Below, in pieces: positions 1-11,930 of a stretch of 64,000 nucleotides of DNA. The first letter of the stretch is position 1, and each line of letters opens with the position of its first letter. The DNA lies in NCBI GenBank assembly GCA_047495785.1, contig JBLDXI010000019.1, positions 1,922,001-1,986,000 on the forward strand, written 5' to 3'. The stretch comes from Lepidodermella squamata (taxonomy: Eukaryota > Animalia > Gastrotricha). Under the pieces are notes generated by a model. That model saw only the letters and a program-made list of their open reading frames with translations. It did not search any database and was not told where the DNA came from. A program made the position numbers and the translations under genes.

Positions 1-287
1 GCCCTCTGCCATGTAAATATTTGATGAAACGAGTGAAGTAAAATTTTTGCTCCTGTTTCGTTTTTTATCTTCCCTTTTTAGCCCTAAAACGATATACATA
101 AGGGCTTTTGCCCAACTAGGTTCACGCATAGGTTGTTCTGCGATAACGTTGAATAGCATTCATGCTTGAACCTTTTGTTTGTTTAAGCGTGCGCAAGATT
201 AGCCAACTGCTTCATAAAAAATGCACTAGTATAGCCTTTTATATTATTATAGCCTGAATCTGTAAGACGGTCATTTTACAACGGAAA

Positions 288-2581
288 ATGAAGCGTTACC
301 GGTTGCTGGTTTTAGCGTTGTTAGTTTCACTGAGCAACGGACAGTTTAGCCATTTCAGAGCTAGACCATCACTGTCCGCATCCATTATTCAATTGTCTTT
401 CGAGGGTACATCAAATGTCAGAGATCCCGGAGAATGCTTGCGAGATATGGCTATCATCGAAGATGCGGCAAAAAATAAAACCGAATGGGCTATGAAATGT
501 ATGAAAAAATCCCCAAAAATCATAAAAAAAATTTTTAACTTCCTATTTAAGTCCTGGATTCAAATGGAGCAAAACCTAGTGGATTCCTGGAGGGAAGTGA
601 CAGATGGCTCGGAGCTTTCGATCAGTGTCAAGCTATTGGTACAGTTCAAACAAGCAAAGACATTGCCATCACGTCGCAATATTGCCGCCTTTTGCTGACT
701 AAACCTAACACAACCCTGGACAAGGAGAGCATTTTGATCAATTTACCTGGCCTGGTTCTTGGAGCCTGTGTATCAAACCGATGCTCAATCAGTGATATTG
801 CCATTTTCGTCAATCCTCAAGGTAAGATTTTCCAGAATTCAAGCTGAATTGTTGAATTTTTTTATCTATTTTCTAGTTGAGAGTATGGGCGTTGAAGTAG
901 ACACCTTACTTTCAGCTTGTATCGTTGATGAAGTCCCTTACGACGCCATTTCGATTGCCACAATGTATGCTTTAAGATTTTGGAAACTGCTAAATCTGAC
1001 TTTGCCTATTATGTTAGCGTTGTCTATTCTGTTGTTGGCTTTTTTCTACTAATTGGTTTGGCTTTGGACGTCTATCTTCGATTGAAGAAATGGTCTACGA
1101 CAAGAATTCATCATGAAGTTGAGGATAAATCCTCCTTAATTATACCGCCAGCTTTCGACACTGAATCCATGCAACAAAGTACTCAAGCCAACTCCGCTTC
1201 AATCAATGCACACGAGAGCCATCCAAAAAGCGGGGTCAAGCAAACCCTAGTCAAGTTGGCTCTATCATTCTCGCCATACACAAATTTCGTCAAAATGAAC
1301 TCAGTCCCGGTACATGAGCATAAATTCCCGAATTTGAGCAGCATCAACGGAATTCGGACACTCAGTTTGTTCTGGGTAATTCTAGGCCATATCTACGCGT
1401 TTGTGCCCGGTTTTATCGACAATTTGGTCGCGGAAGCTAAAATTCAATCCAGGGTGTCTTTCATGTTTGTACCAGCTGGTTTCTACGCAGTCGATTCTTT
1501 CCTGTTCCTAGCAGGATTCCTGGCTTTCTGGTCGCTTAGCAAGCAATTGAAACCTGACTCATCGACTTCTCTGTGGAAGAAAGTCCCATTCCTCTATTTC
1601 CACCGCTACATCCGCTTGACGCCGCCAGTTATTGCATTAGTCCTACTTGATCTTGGAATTTGGCCACGCTTATCAAAAGGACCATTGTGGCTTCAAAAGC
1701 CTGATGATTACTGCGTGGAAAACTGGTGGAGTACCGTTTTCTACGTCAATAACTTCTTCCACCCCAATGGAGAATGCATCGGATGGTCATGGTATCTATG
1801 CTTGGACATGCAGCTCTTCCTTTTAGCTCCTTTCATCATTTACCTTTACAATCGAAAACAATGGCTAGGCCATCTTAGCTGCGGCATACTTTTGTTAATT
1901 CAAGTTGTTTCTACAATGGGCGTCACATTTGCTTACAACCTACCTTCGTCTGCCGTTAGCCCTGTTAACAAGACATTTGCTGATGATAGAGATTATCAGG
2001 GTTTCTATTCCTATGTTTATGTCAAACCTTACTGCCGGCTCGGGCCTTACGTCATTGGAATCATGACTGCAGCTCTGATTTCATTCAACGGCATCCAAAT
2101 TCGACGGAAAATCTTTGCGAAGCCGATGGTAACAGCAGCGCTGTGGGTTTCAATGACTATTCTGTTTCTAGTATTGATTTACGGCCAATACGGAGTTTAT
2201 GCCGGGAAATACTTGGATCCCCTAATTATGGATGCTTTATACAACGCTTTTGCTCGAATCGCATGGGGCATTGCAATGGGATGGCTTTTAATGGCCTGCA
2301 TCTTCAACAAAGCCGGTCCCATAGGTGGTTTCTTGTCCTGGCCAGTCTGGGCGATCCCTGCTAGAATTTCCTACTGTGCCTATCTTGTCCATTTACTTGT
2401 GATGGAGTTCTTTTGGCAAACAGGTGCGACTCCGATACATCTGAGCGATGTGACAATGACTTATTTATATTCAAGTGTTGTAATTTTAACGCTGCTTGTT
2501 GCAACAATTTTCAGTCTTGCCTTCGAGTCACCGGTTATTGGCATTCAGCGCCTGCTTATTCCTAGCAAAGCTAAAAAGTGA
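288..2581 (+). CDS. NRF-6/OACYL-like O-acyltransferase (NRF domain + acyltransferase-3), ~710 aa; exons 288-498, 552-821, 877-964, 1018-2581
   Basis: Signal peptide; after splicing, NRF motifs WAMKFLDS..KPSG.LEG..RWLG.FDQC; Acyl_transf_3 motifs INGIRTLSLFWVILGH, AVDSFLFLAG, HRYIRLTP, WYLCLDMQLF, YVKPYCR, AFESP. Three GT-AG introns of 53-55 bp; exon total 2133 nt is in frame. Confidence 0.92.
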
Positions 2582-2749
2582 TGGCAATAAAACGCAGTAT
2601 TATCTTATTGAAAGTGAATTAAGTGTGTCCTCAGTAATCAGGTTGATATCCGGCCAGAAGTCTGCATTGCTACTTCCAGATAAGATAATCCCGGTAGGAC
2701 ATTTTCATTTTAGTAATCATGAGAACATTATCAGGAACAGACAAGCATA

Positions 2750-5069
2750 ATGAATGTTTCGATTTTCCTTGTTTTGATCCTTGCGGTGTTAGTGAACACC
2801 CATGATTACTTGGGCCGCCCAAGATCCGAGAACTTCGAGAGCATATCCTCACCTGAACTCATCTATAATTCCCTATTGGAAGGGAATGGAGCTAACCTCC
2901 AGGATACGGCTGAATGTGTAAGAGATATGTTGACGATTCAAGCTGCTAGCAAGAGTAATGCCGATTGGGCAATGAAATGTAAGACAGAAAATCAAATTTC
3001 TCACAAATTCGCTCAGAGTTTGATGTATTTTCAGATCTTGATTCAATGGCTGCCAAGCCGAGTGGGAATATGGAGGGTAGGTTTTTTCACGCCTCTGACA
3101 ATAGCTGTTCATGTTGATCCTCTAGGCAACTTTCGATGGCTTGGAGACTTTGATCAATGTTTCGGGATCGATCATGTGAATACGAGTGAATCAATCATTA
3201 TCTCGCCGAGGTATTGCCGGATCGGACTGTCACCAATTAACAAAACTTCAATCGCAGACACGATTTTGATCCAGTTCGGCACTCAATTGATTGGGGTTTG
3301 CGTTTCCAGCAGATGCTCGGTGGAAGATGTTGCAACGCTTATAAATCCTCAAGGTTAAAAGCAAACTATTGTATTTTCAACCTATCGTTGAGCTTTGATA
3401 TTAGTTGCAAGCAAGGGTATAGCCGTTGATATGGTGCTGTCGTGGTGCATCGAGGATGAAGTTCCTTATGATGCAGCAGCAATCGCAACAATGTAAGCTT
3501 CAACAACTAAAACTCGAAAAATGTAAGATTTTTAATTGCAGCTTAATTTATTCCATTGTTGGGGTATTCTTACTCATCGGACTGGCGTACGACCTCAAGA
3601 TCCGCAATGAAGACTGGTACTCAAATCGATGTAATCAGGCTGGCGAAAGTCTTATTGCGAATTCGGGGCTAGAATCGAGCGCGTCTGAACTTTCGATCAA
3701 AACCGACACAAATAAGGGAACCGAAAAGACAGGAATCGCAAAAGTGGTGCTGGCCTTTTCGCCCTACACTAACTTTATAAAGATGGTTACAGTAAGCTCG
3801 AATGATAGCGAATTCCCCAACCTATCTGCGATTAATGGCATAAGAGCCCTCAGCTTATTATGGGTCATTTTAGGTCATACTTACATCTTCACTGTCAATA
3901 ATTCCGACAATCTGCTAACGATTGAAGGTTATGTGAACCGTTTCACTTTCATGGTAGTGCCTGGTGGGTTTTATGCGGTGGATTCTTTCTTGTTCCTATC
4001 TGGATTCCTAGCCTACTGGTCATTAGCAAAGCAGTTGAAGCCAGATTCGACAACTTCGTTTTTGAAGAAAGTTCCTTTTCTCTACTTTCACCGGTACATA
4101 CGGCTGACACCTCCCCTTATTGCTATTGTGCTGTTTGATCTCGGAATCTGGCCTCGTTTAACACGGGGGCCACTTTGGCTACAAGCTCCAGATTACACCT
4201 GCGTGCAAAATTGGTGGACAAACTTTCTGTACCTGAATAACTTCGTCAACACCGAAAATTTATGTGTCGCCTGGACCTGGTACCTTGCAATCGACATGCA
4301 GCTGTTCTTATTAGCTCCTTTTGTTATATACCTCTTCAACTTGAGGCCGAAATTCGGCTGGTTAGCTTGCTCTGCTCTTCTGTTTATTCAAACTGTAGCA
4401 TCTTTTGGAATTACCATGGGATATAATTTACCCTCTTCAGCAATTAATCCTGATAACGCAAACTTCACTATGGCGAGGGATTATGCTCATTATTACCAAT
4501 ATTATTATGAAAAGCCATATTGCAGATTAGGCCCTTACGTAATTGGAATCATGACTGCTGCTCTTGTAGCTATCCATGGCCAGTATTTGACGCGGAAAAT
4601 TCTGTCAAAATTATGGCTTAGTGCTCTAATGTGGGTGGCAATGGGGTCATTCTTTCTTGTTCTAATTTACGGACAATTCGGCGTATATGCTGGGGAGTAT
4701 TTAGACCCTCTAATTCTCGACGCTTTATTCAACGCTTTTGCGAGAACTGTTTGGGGTATAGCATTAGGTTGGCTCTTAATCGCATGTATTTTCAACAGCG
4801 CTGGTCCTATAGGTAGTATTTTAAGCTGGAATGTGTGGTCTATACCGGCAAGACTGTCTTACTGCACCTATATGGTCCATCTTTTCGTGATTGAGTATTT
4901 TATTCAATCTTCGAGCAGGCCTGTTCATTTGATGGATGTAACAGCTGCCTATCTTTATTCTGGCTACGTTGTCTTAGCTTTTCTAACCGCAATTATCTTT
5001 TCGCTTACTTTTGAGTCACCGATAATTGGCTTACAACGCATTCTGATAGCTAGCAAGTCAAGGAAATGA
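2750..5069 (+). CDS. Second NRF-6/OACYL-like O-acyltransferase, tandem paralog, ~704 aa; exons 2750-2978, 3035-3076, 3126-3353, 3405-3492, 3542-5069
   Basis: Same motifs (RWLGDFDQC, INGIRALSLLWVILGH, HRYIRLTP, WYLAIDMQLF); four short GT-AG introns; 2115 nt in frame; AATAAA at the stop. Confidence 0.92.
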
Positions 5070-5114
5070 ATAAAGGACCGAGTGGTTTATTCATTACTTC
5101 AATCATTTATAATT

Positions 5115-7231
5115 TCACTGGTAGAAAAGGATGCTTGGTGTAGGTGTGAAGGTTGCTACGGCGACGAGAGCCCTGTTTTGTGGGCCATTTATCGTAGCCA
5201 CAGTCCAGGGGGCACAAGTTATGCCAATGTCACATTTCGACCCTCCAGTCCATAGTAACTCGGTGGCACGGCCGAATATTCGGTTCACTACATAAGACTG
5301 GGGAGAATTCAAAGTAAAGTCAGAACCAGCTTAAAAGTAAACAAGTTACTGTAATATTTCCTGCTCCATTCTCTGCAATTAGTAAGCATCCATCATTTGA
5401 AAACGCCACACCTTGTGGTCTTTGCATCAAAGTGATTTGCGATTTGTAGTCGAATTTTCTGTCCCCGATGTGAATTAGCAGAACTCGGCCATTCGTCATA
5501 TCGCTCACAGCTAGGGTTCGCTTTCCCAACGGAAGTATAGACGGCCTGAGAGCAAGTCTTGTGGGTTGCATTGGAACATCTGGGAATTGGATCTCAGCAA
5601 CCATTGACGCCGAGGGTGCTAACCAAACCCCTATATTCATCTTGATCAACTCATCCGCGCAATAGACAACTGCGGAAATAGACGCGTCTATCACTCCAGC
5701 AGCGCCTTGGGTGTTGTCAACCGCCAGTCCTCCGAAATTTCGATCCCCAGTGCCACGATAGAAAAATTCGAGGAAAATCACGCTATCCTGAGCGCTGAGA
5801 AGAACACTTGATAGTGAAGTCATCATAATACCAGTTTTCCAAGGGAATACGGTAAAGTAAAGCCGATCGTTGACTTCATCGACAGCAGAGTGGAAGATAA
5901 AAGCAACCCCGGAGTTGACATAAGGAGGGACAGCTAATTTTCTTCTGGGCAAGCTTGTGAAATTTTTCAGACTTAGAGCTGTCATTGGGTTGATGATATA
6001 GACTTCGCCGGTTAAGCAGATCGCAAGCAGCTGATTGGTTTTTCGAATCGGAAGCAAGTCGCGGATCTCACATGGAGAAGTTGGTATAGTATTGAGAGAT
6101 TGCCTAGATAAACTGCTCCAGAAGTTTCTATCAACAAGTATGGGATCCTCGCCCTAATTTCAGAAAGGAAGCTATCAGAAGCTAATTTTGAGATAGTCAT
6201 AGGTAACTAACATCCGGCAGAGTAACTGCGCGAGTCGTTGCAGTTGTACTTGTAGCTGTAGTTGTAGTCACAGCTGCTGTTGGGTCAGTATTGAACCCTG
6301 GGTTGGTACTCATCTCATCTGATACAGGAACAACCGGTGGAGTATCTTGAACTGTAGTCTGTTGAGTGACCGCGCTTGTTACAGGCGTAGTAGACGTTCT
6401 GGCTTCGGGCTGGACTGGCGGAAATTGCTGCAACAAGACTTGTAAATTGTACAAATCAAGGCATAAAATTGACAAACAGCTTACCAGTGGAATATTATTT
6501 CCAGAGAAACCATTCAACAATTGCTGCTGGAGAAGCCTAACTGAATTCTCAAGGGTCTGGATACGTTTCCTATAAGCTTCTTCGCTTGTGTTGACATTTT
6601 GTTGTGGCTGAGACACCTGCAAAATTGGTGAAAAGGCTACTTTCGGATTATTCCCAAGTACTTACTGGTGAGCAAGGCACTGAGGCAACTGGCTGATTCG
6701 AGCTTGGTAAACCCACCCCGCCAAGCTGAGCCTGCAGAATGTTAACGGTCCTTTCGAGGGTCTGCATCCTTAGCTGAACTTCGGGCGGGAGATTTGAGTA
6801 ATCCATGTCAGTGGCACTACTCGGAGGTGCAACAGTTCTGGTGGGTGGATTCTGTCAGGCAAATTTATAGCTAATAAAAATATTGGACTAAGGCTTACTA
6901 CCTGGGTAGCTATACCAGCAACAGGCCGATCAGTAACAGAATTGTTAACCGGAATAGTAGGGCTTCTGATGAGGCCATTGCTTTGCAAGAGCCGGACTGA
7001 ACTCTCCAATTTATCGATTCGCATTTCATATTCGGCACTCGCAGTTCTAGCTCGGGACTGGCAAGTCGCCACGGCTAGCAATGCCTGCGTCAACTGAGCA
7101 TTAGTTTCAGTTTGTCTCCGTTGGCATGATGCCAAAGCAGCTGGACAGGCCGTGTCGCATTTACTAGCATCATCCTGGCTGTTAACAAGCAGGGTAAGAC
7201 TGCAAAGTAGAATTACTACTGTCAACTTCAT
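5115..7231 (-). CDS. Secreted protein, ~616 aa: three short coiled-coil repeats, Thr/Pro-rich linker, C-terminal NHL-like beta-propeller; exons 7231-6902, 6851-6666, 6616-6485, 6427-6212, 6153-5350, 5297-5115
   Basis: Signal peptide MKLTVVILLCSLTLLVNS; five phase-0 GT-AG introns join the track ORFs into one frame (1851 nt); NHL-like blades LAVSDMTNGRVLL and RPQGVAFSNDGCLLIAENGAGNI. Confidence 0.75.
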
Positions 7232-7379
7232 TGTTGTAGACTTGTTCTTAACAATAGCAATGAACTCGGGAGTATTGAGAGCAATACGAAACGCAGAACA
7301 AAAGAGCCCCGCATTATGTACGCTTGGACTCGCGAAAACAGGTGAATAATCTCGCCCACGTAGTACAGCCAACCATTTA

Positions 7380-8745
7380 TTACGGTTTGATCGACGGAAC
7401 AGTGGTCATTTTAACGTAGAAATAGGCATCCGTGCTTATTTCTATCAAAATAGCTAAAATTATGACAGTTATGTCAAGCAACCGGTATATTTTGATTTTC
7501 ATAAACTTTTCTAGTTTTCTAACGAACTTTGGCTTCCTTCCCTTTGAAGCAGTAGCTGCATTTGATTTTCCAGGCTTTCCTTCTTCTTTATGGGCAATAG
7601 CACACAGAGCCAGTTCATAGAAGGTAAGAATGACCCCAGTTAGAAATTTGCAGACGACCAACTGGACCAAATAGATCTGCTCAGAGGTTCGCGGTATTTC
7701 GCTGAAGACCATGTCCAAAGTTACGGAAAAGGCCAAGACTAAGGTTACGCCAAACGTAGGCCGCTCTGCAAGACTAGGCGGCATGAGGAGACCGACAATT
7801 TGCAGGAAATTCAGTCCCATTACGGGAATTATGATATGAGTTACAAAATACGATGTTTTCCGTCGAAAAATTAGCGGGAAATGCAGTCGATTGAATTCAA
7901 AGGCACCATTCAGTTGCGACGAGTTTTCCACAAAAGCCTTGTCCAGTTTTACAAGCTCCCAGGTCTCTGTATCGTCGATGAATAGTTTGCCTGCTGACTT
8001 ATCGATAGCGAACTCGTCGATAACATATCTTGCAACAAGATTGGGATCTGCGCTGTCGAAAATCATGGCGCATTCCAGGGTGTCGAACGGAAATCGACTG
8101 AATGAGAAAGAATCGCATGCGGTATCAAACCGCCCGGTTGAAATTAGTTCGGCTTGTCTTGGGCTTAAAGGAGTCACATAGATCAAACCATTCGATTGTC
8201 TGTCAAGAAAATTACAAGCTATACATAAATAAATAAATAAATTAGTCCTTACTGATTGATAGCCTTTGCTTCTCGATTAGCGTTCAATTGCGGGAGATTC
8301 GGTATCCATTTGTTGCTTGAGTTCAGTTGAAAATACAACAGCAGCTCAACATTTGGATCTGTATTACAGAGCGACTTTTGTTCAATTAGGTCTTCACATG
8401 TGATATTGAAGCATGGATGGGGCCAGTCGATTATAAACGAGCCATAAAGTGATAATCTATCATGACGTGATTGAATAATAGTAAGAAATTCCTAATGAGA
8501 AGTTACCTTTTATCTACATCGTCTATTTCGATGAATCGAATTAGATACAGTTTGATGGCGACCTCTATGGGCACTTTGAAGCCAGACTTCAGCAGCCATT
8601 CGGTGGGTAGGCTATCAGAGTAAACTTCAGGGCACAGCTGAGCATATCGGCTCTTCAGATTGGCACTCAACGTCTGTGGTATAACATCATTCGAGGCATA
8701 AGCAAAGCTGAGGAGGTTGTACAAAATCCCAAAAGCAGTAATCAT
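7380..8745 (-). CDS. Divergent pentameric ligand-gated ion channel subunit A, ~420 aa; exons 8745-8507, 8456-8253, 8199-7380
   Basis: RFIEIDD, WIPN, Cys-loop CDSFSFSRFPFDTLEC, pre-M1 FRRK, M1 Pro (IIP), M2 AERPTFGVTLVLAF, four hydrophobic segments. Confidence 0.88.
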
Positions 8746-8931
8746 CGAGCTGCGAAAATCGTGCAATGCAGAAATAAGCTTTATAAGCGGTGTATCTGAG
8801 GTAATCGATTTCCTTATTATTTGATACAAGACGCACTTGTATGTTTTATACCAATTAAATATGCGCGGTAGACAGTGTTTGAAAGTAAACTTTCGGAATG
8901 ATTTATTGCTTCAACAAACTTCCGCTGGATT

Positions 8932-10198
8932 TTAAACTACAACATTGGTCATTCGCTTGAAATAATACACATCCGTTATGATCTCTGTGACGATGAGAAT
9001 CGCTGCGATGAGAATGTCCAGATATCGCAGATTCTTCGAACGAAAAAATGGCAATTCCGCCAATGTACAGGAACACAGCTCATAGCCTGTCAGCAGCGCC
9101 CCAGTGAGAAATTTCGCCAATAGAAGTTGTATGATGTAAATTTCCTCCGTGGTTTGAGGCACCTCGTCAAATACCATGTTGAATACCACAGCAAACGCAA
9201 GAACCAGGGTGACTCCAAAAGAAGATCGTTCACCTAGCTCGGGTGGGATGAGTAGCCCAGCAATTTGCAGAAAATTCAAGGACAATACTGGGATTATTAT
9301 CCGAGTCACGTAATAAGAAGATTTCCGTCGAAAAACCATGGGCAGAAAAATTCGGCTGAATCCCAAGCTATTTGAAAGCTCGTTCTTTGGTTGTGTGTCA
9401 ACCTTAGCCTCTCGGAGTAGGACAAGCTCCCATATTTCATTTTCATTAACGAATCCACCTGCTGAGGAATCTAATCCAAAATCTGAAACAGTGTAATTGA
9501 CAACAGCAGAAGGCTCATTCGCGTCGAAGATCAGCGCGCATTCTAGGGTGTCGAAAGGGAACGATTCGAATGAAAACGAGTCGCAGGCTGTGTCGAACCG
9601 CCCACCGGACCACAGTAAAGCTTGCCGATCGAACATTGGAAAAACTTGAATGATCTGGCTAGCTTGCCTGTAAAACATTATTAGAGAACATGTTGACTAG
9701 TAAACGAGTGAAAAATTGCTTTCTAATCGATCCTGGTTCACTGACAGCATTGATATGAGCCAGATCTGGCTTCCATTTATTTGTCGCATTTAGCGAAAAG
9801 AACAGCAGGTCTCTCATGTTAAAATCAGCAGCACAAAGAGTCTTGTCCCCCAACAGAAGCTCGCAAGATAAATTGCGACAGGGATACTTCCATTCGAATA
9901 GAAAAGTCCCGTAAACGGATAGTCTGTATCAAAAAAGGTAAACGCGTCGGCTCATAATGCCAAATACCGACCTCTTTTCAATCTCATCTATCTCGATAAA
10001 ACGATCAAGATAAATGTGAATGAACACTGGTACAGCCGATGTGAAGTTGGATTTCAGTAGCCAATCCGTTGGTAGGCTTTCTGACAAAACTTCCGGGCAA
10101 TGAAGAATGAATCGGTTTTTTAACCCAGCAACAAGCGTTTCATTTTGAGTCGCTGCGACGAATCTTAGCACATTGAAGAAAACAACCGAGCGAAACAT
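8932..10198 (-). CDS. Divergent pentameric ligand-gated ion channel subunit B, ~388 aa; exons 10198-9972, 9923-9720, 9667-8932 (second intron GC-AG)
   Basis: RFIEIDE, WKPD, CDSFSFESFPFDTLEC, GERSSFGVTLVLAF; exon 2 is 204 nt as in subunit A; frame kept only with the GC donor at 9719. Confidence 0.85.
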
Positions 10199-10367
10199 AT
10201 CAAGGCAATAAACTGTCAGAAAATACAACACCAAAAGTGTATCCACTCGTAAAAACGGTGCGGCAAATGATTTGTTTATTTTTCTTTACGGCGAAAAATA
10301 ATAGGAATTATTGATCGCAGCATCGAGCAGTGTCTCTAGAAGACAGTTTAACTTGTTATGAAAAGCT

Positions 10368-11690
10368 TCATGGAGCCGATGTCATTTTAACAAAAAAGTA
10401 AATATCCGTGGCTATTTCCACGAAAATTGCCAAAATGCCAACTACAATGTCTGAAAAACGGCACGGCGCAAGTTTTGTCATCGCTTTTGACCATATTTCG
10501 GTGATTAGATACTTGTCGGCGCTGCCCTGCTGTGCAGACTGTGTCAAATTGTGTTTCTTTTCAATCCGACTTGCTGCACACGAGATAAGCTCATAGAGTG
10601 TTTGCGCGATTCCCGTCGAAAATTTGGTTACAACCATATGCACCAGATAGATTTGCTCAGAAGTTCTAGGAATTCTGTCGAAGACCATGTCGAGAATGAC
10701 TGAAAATGCTAGGACTAAAGTAACGCCAAACGTCGGTCGTTCAGCTTTATCCGGTGGCATTATCAGCCCTGAAATTTGAAGGAAATTCAGAAAAATAACC
10801 GGGATAAAAGTGTTCATGACAAAGTAGTAAGACTTCCGTTGAAACGATATCGGAAAAATTAATCTGCTATACGCCTGCTTTCCATCCATTTGCGTGGAAT
10901 TAATGACGTATCCTTCACCTAGCTCGTTTAGTTTCCATATCTCTGTCTCACTCATGAACGTTTCCTCGGCAGAAGGATCGATTTTCGAATAGATGACTTG
11001 ATACGTGACTGATGCAACTGGGTCATCGGAGTCGAAAATCATTTGACAGTAGAGTTCGTCGAATGGGAAACGTTCGAATTTGAACGAATCACACGCGATA
11101 TCATAACGACCTGTCGCAGTGAAGACTGCTTGGTTGTCTTGGAATGGAAACACGTAGATTAATCCATTGGATTGTCTGCGAAAAGAGGGTGCTCACAGCA
11201 CTTTTTCCTTATAAAAAACTTACTTAGTGATAGTGCGGGAATACTTGTAGCCATTAACGTGGGACACATTAGGAATCCACTTGCCAGTGATATTGTGCGC
11301 GAAATAAAAGTAATCAAGGCTTTCATTTCGATCGCAAAGTAATTCGCTTCTTATCAACTCGGCACAAGTCATTTTCTCACACGGGAGCCTCCAATGGAAC
11401 TCGATGATCCCATAGAGTGACAGCGTTTGCTCCAGATCATCGATTTCAATGAAGCGGAACAGGGACATAGCGACATCGACTGAAAGCGGCATTTTGTATT
11501 GACTTCGAAACAGCCAGTCTATAGCAAGGCTCTCGGACAGCGCCTCCGGGCAAATCTCGTAATACCGGGATCGAACCACAGTGCCCCAAGACCCTCCTGG
11601 TCTATCGATTGAGAAATCGAAATAAGTATCATTGCCACCAAGACCAGGTATAATGGTCATCGATTGTACAAAAAGGATGAGGAGCAGCAT
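10368..11690 (-). CDS. Divergent pentameric ligand-gated ion channel subunit C, ~424 aa; exons 11690-11224, 11175-10368
   Basis: RFIEIDD, WIPN, CDSFKFERFPFDELYC, AERPTFGVTLVLAF; single 48 bp GT-AG intron. Confidence 0.88.
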
Positions 11691-11930
11691 TTCTTTCCTT
11701 GAGTTTATCAAACACGCAATGATTTTTTTCTGAGAAGTGGTTATTATCGATCAACACCAACTCACTGCGAGCCGGAAGGCAATTTTCAGTAGTGGCAAAC
11801 GTCTTTGGACAATCGATTTTATTCAGGTCTACTATAGCTCTGAGCCGTATTGACTAAATAACAAGCTATAAATCATAAGTGCGCACAGAATTCTAAACTA
11901 AAGTCATTTCCACGTAGGTAAATTAAGTGG

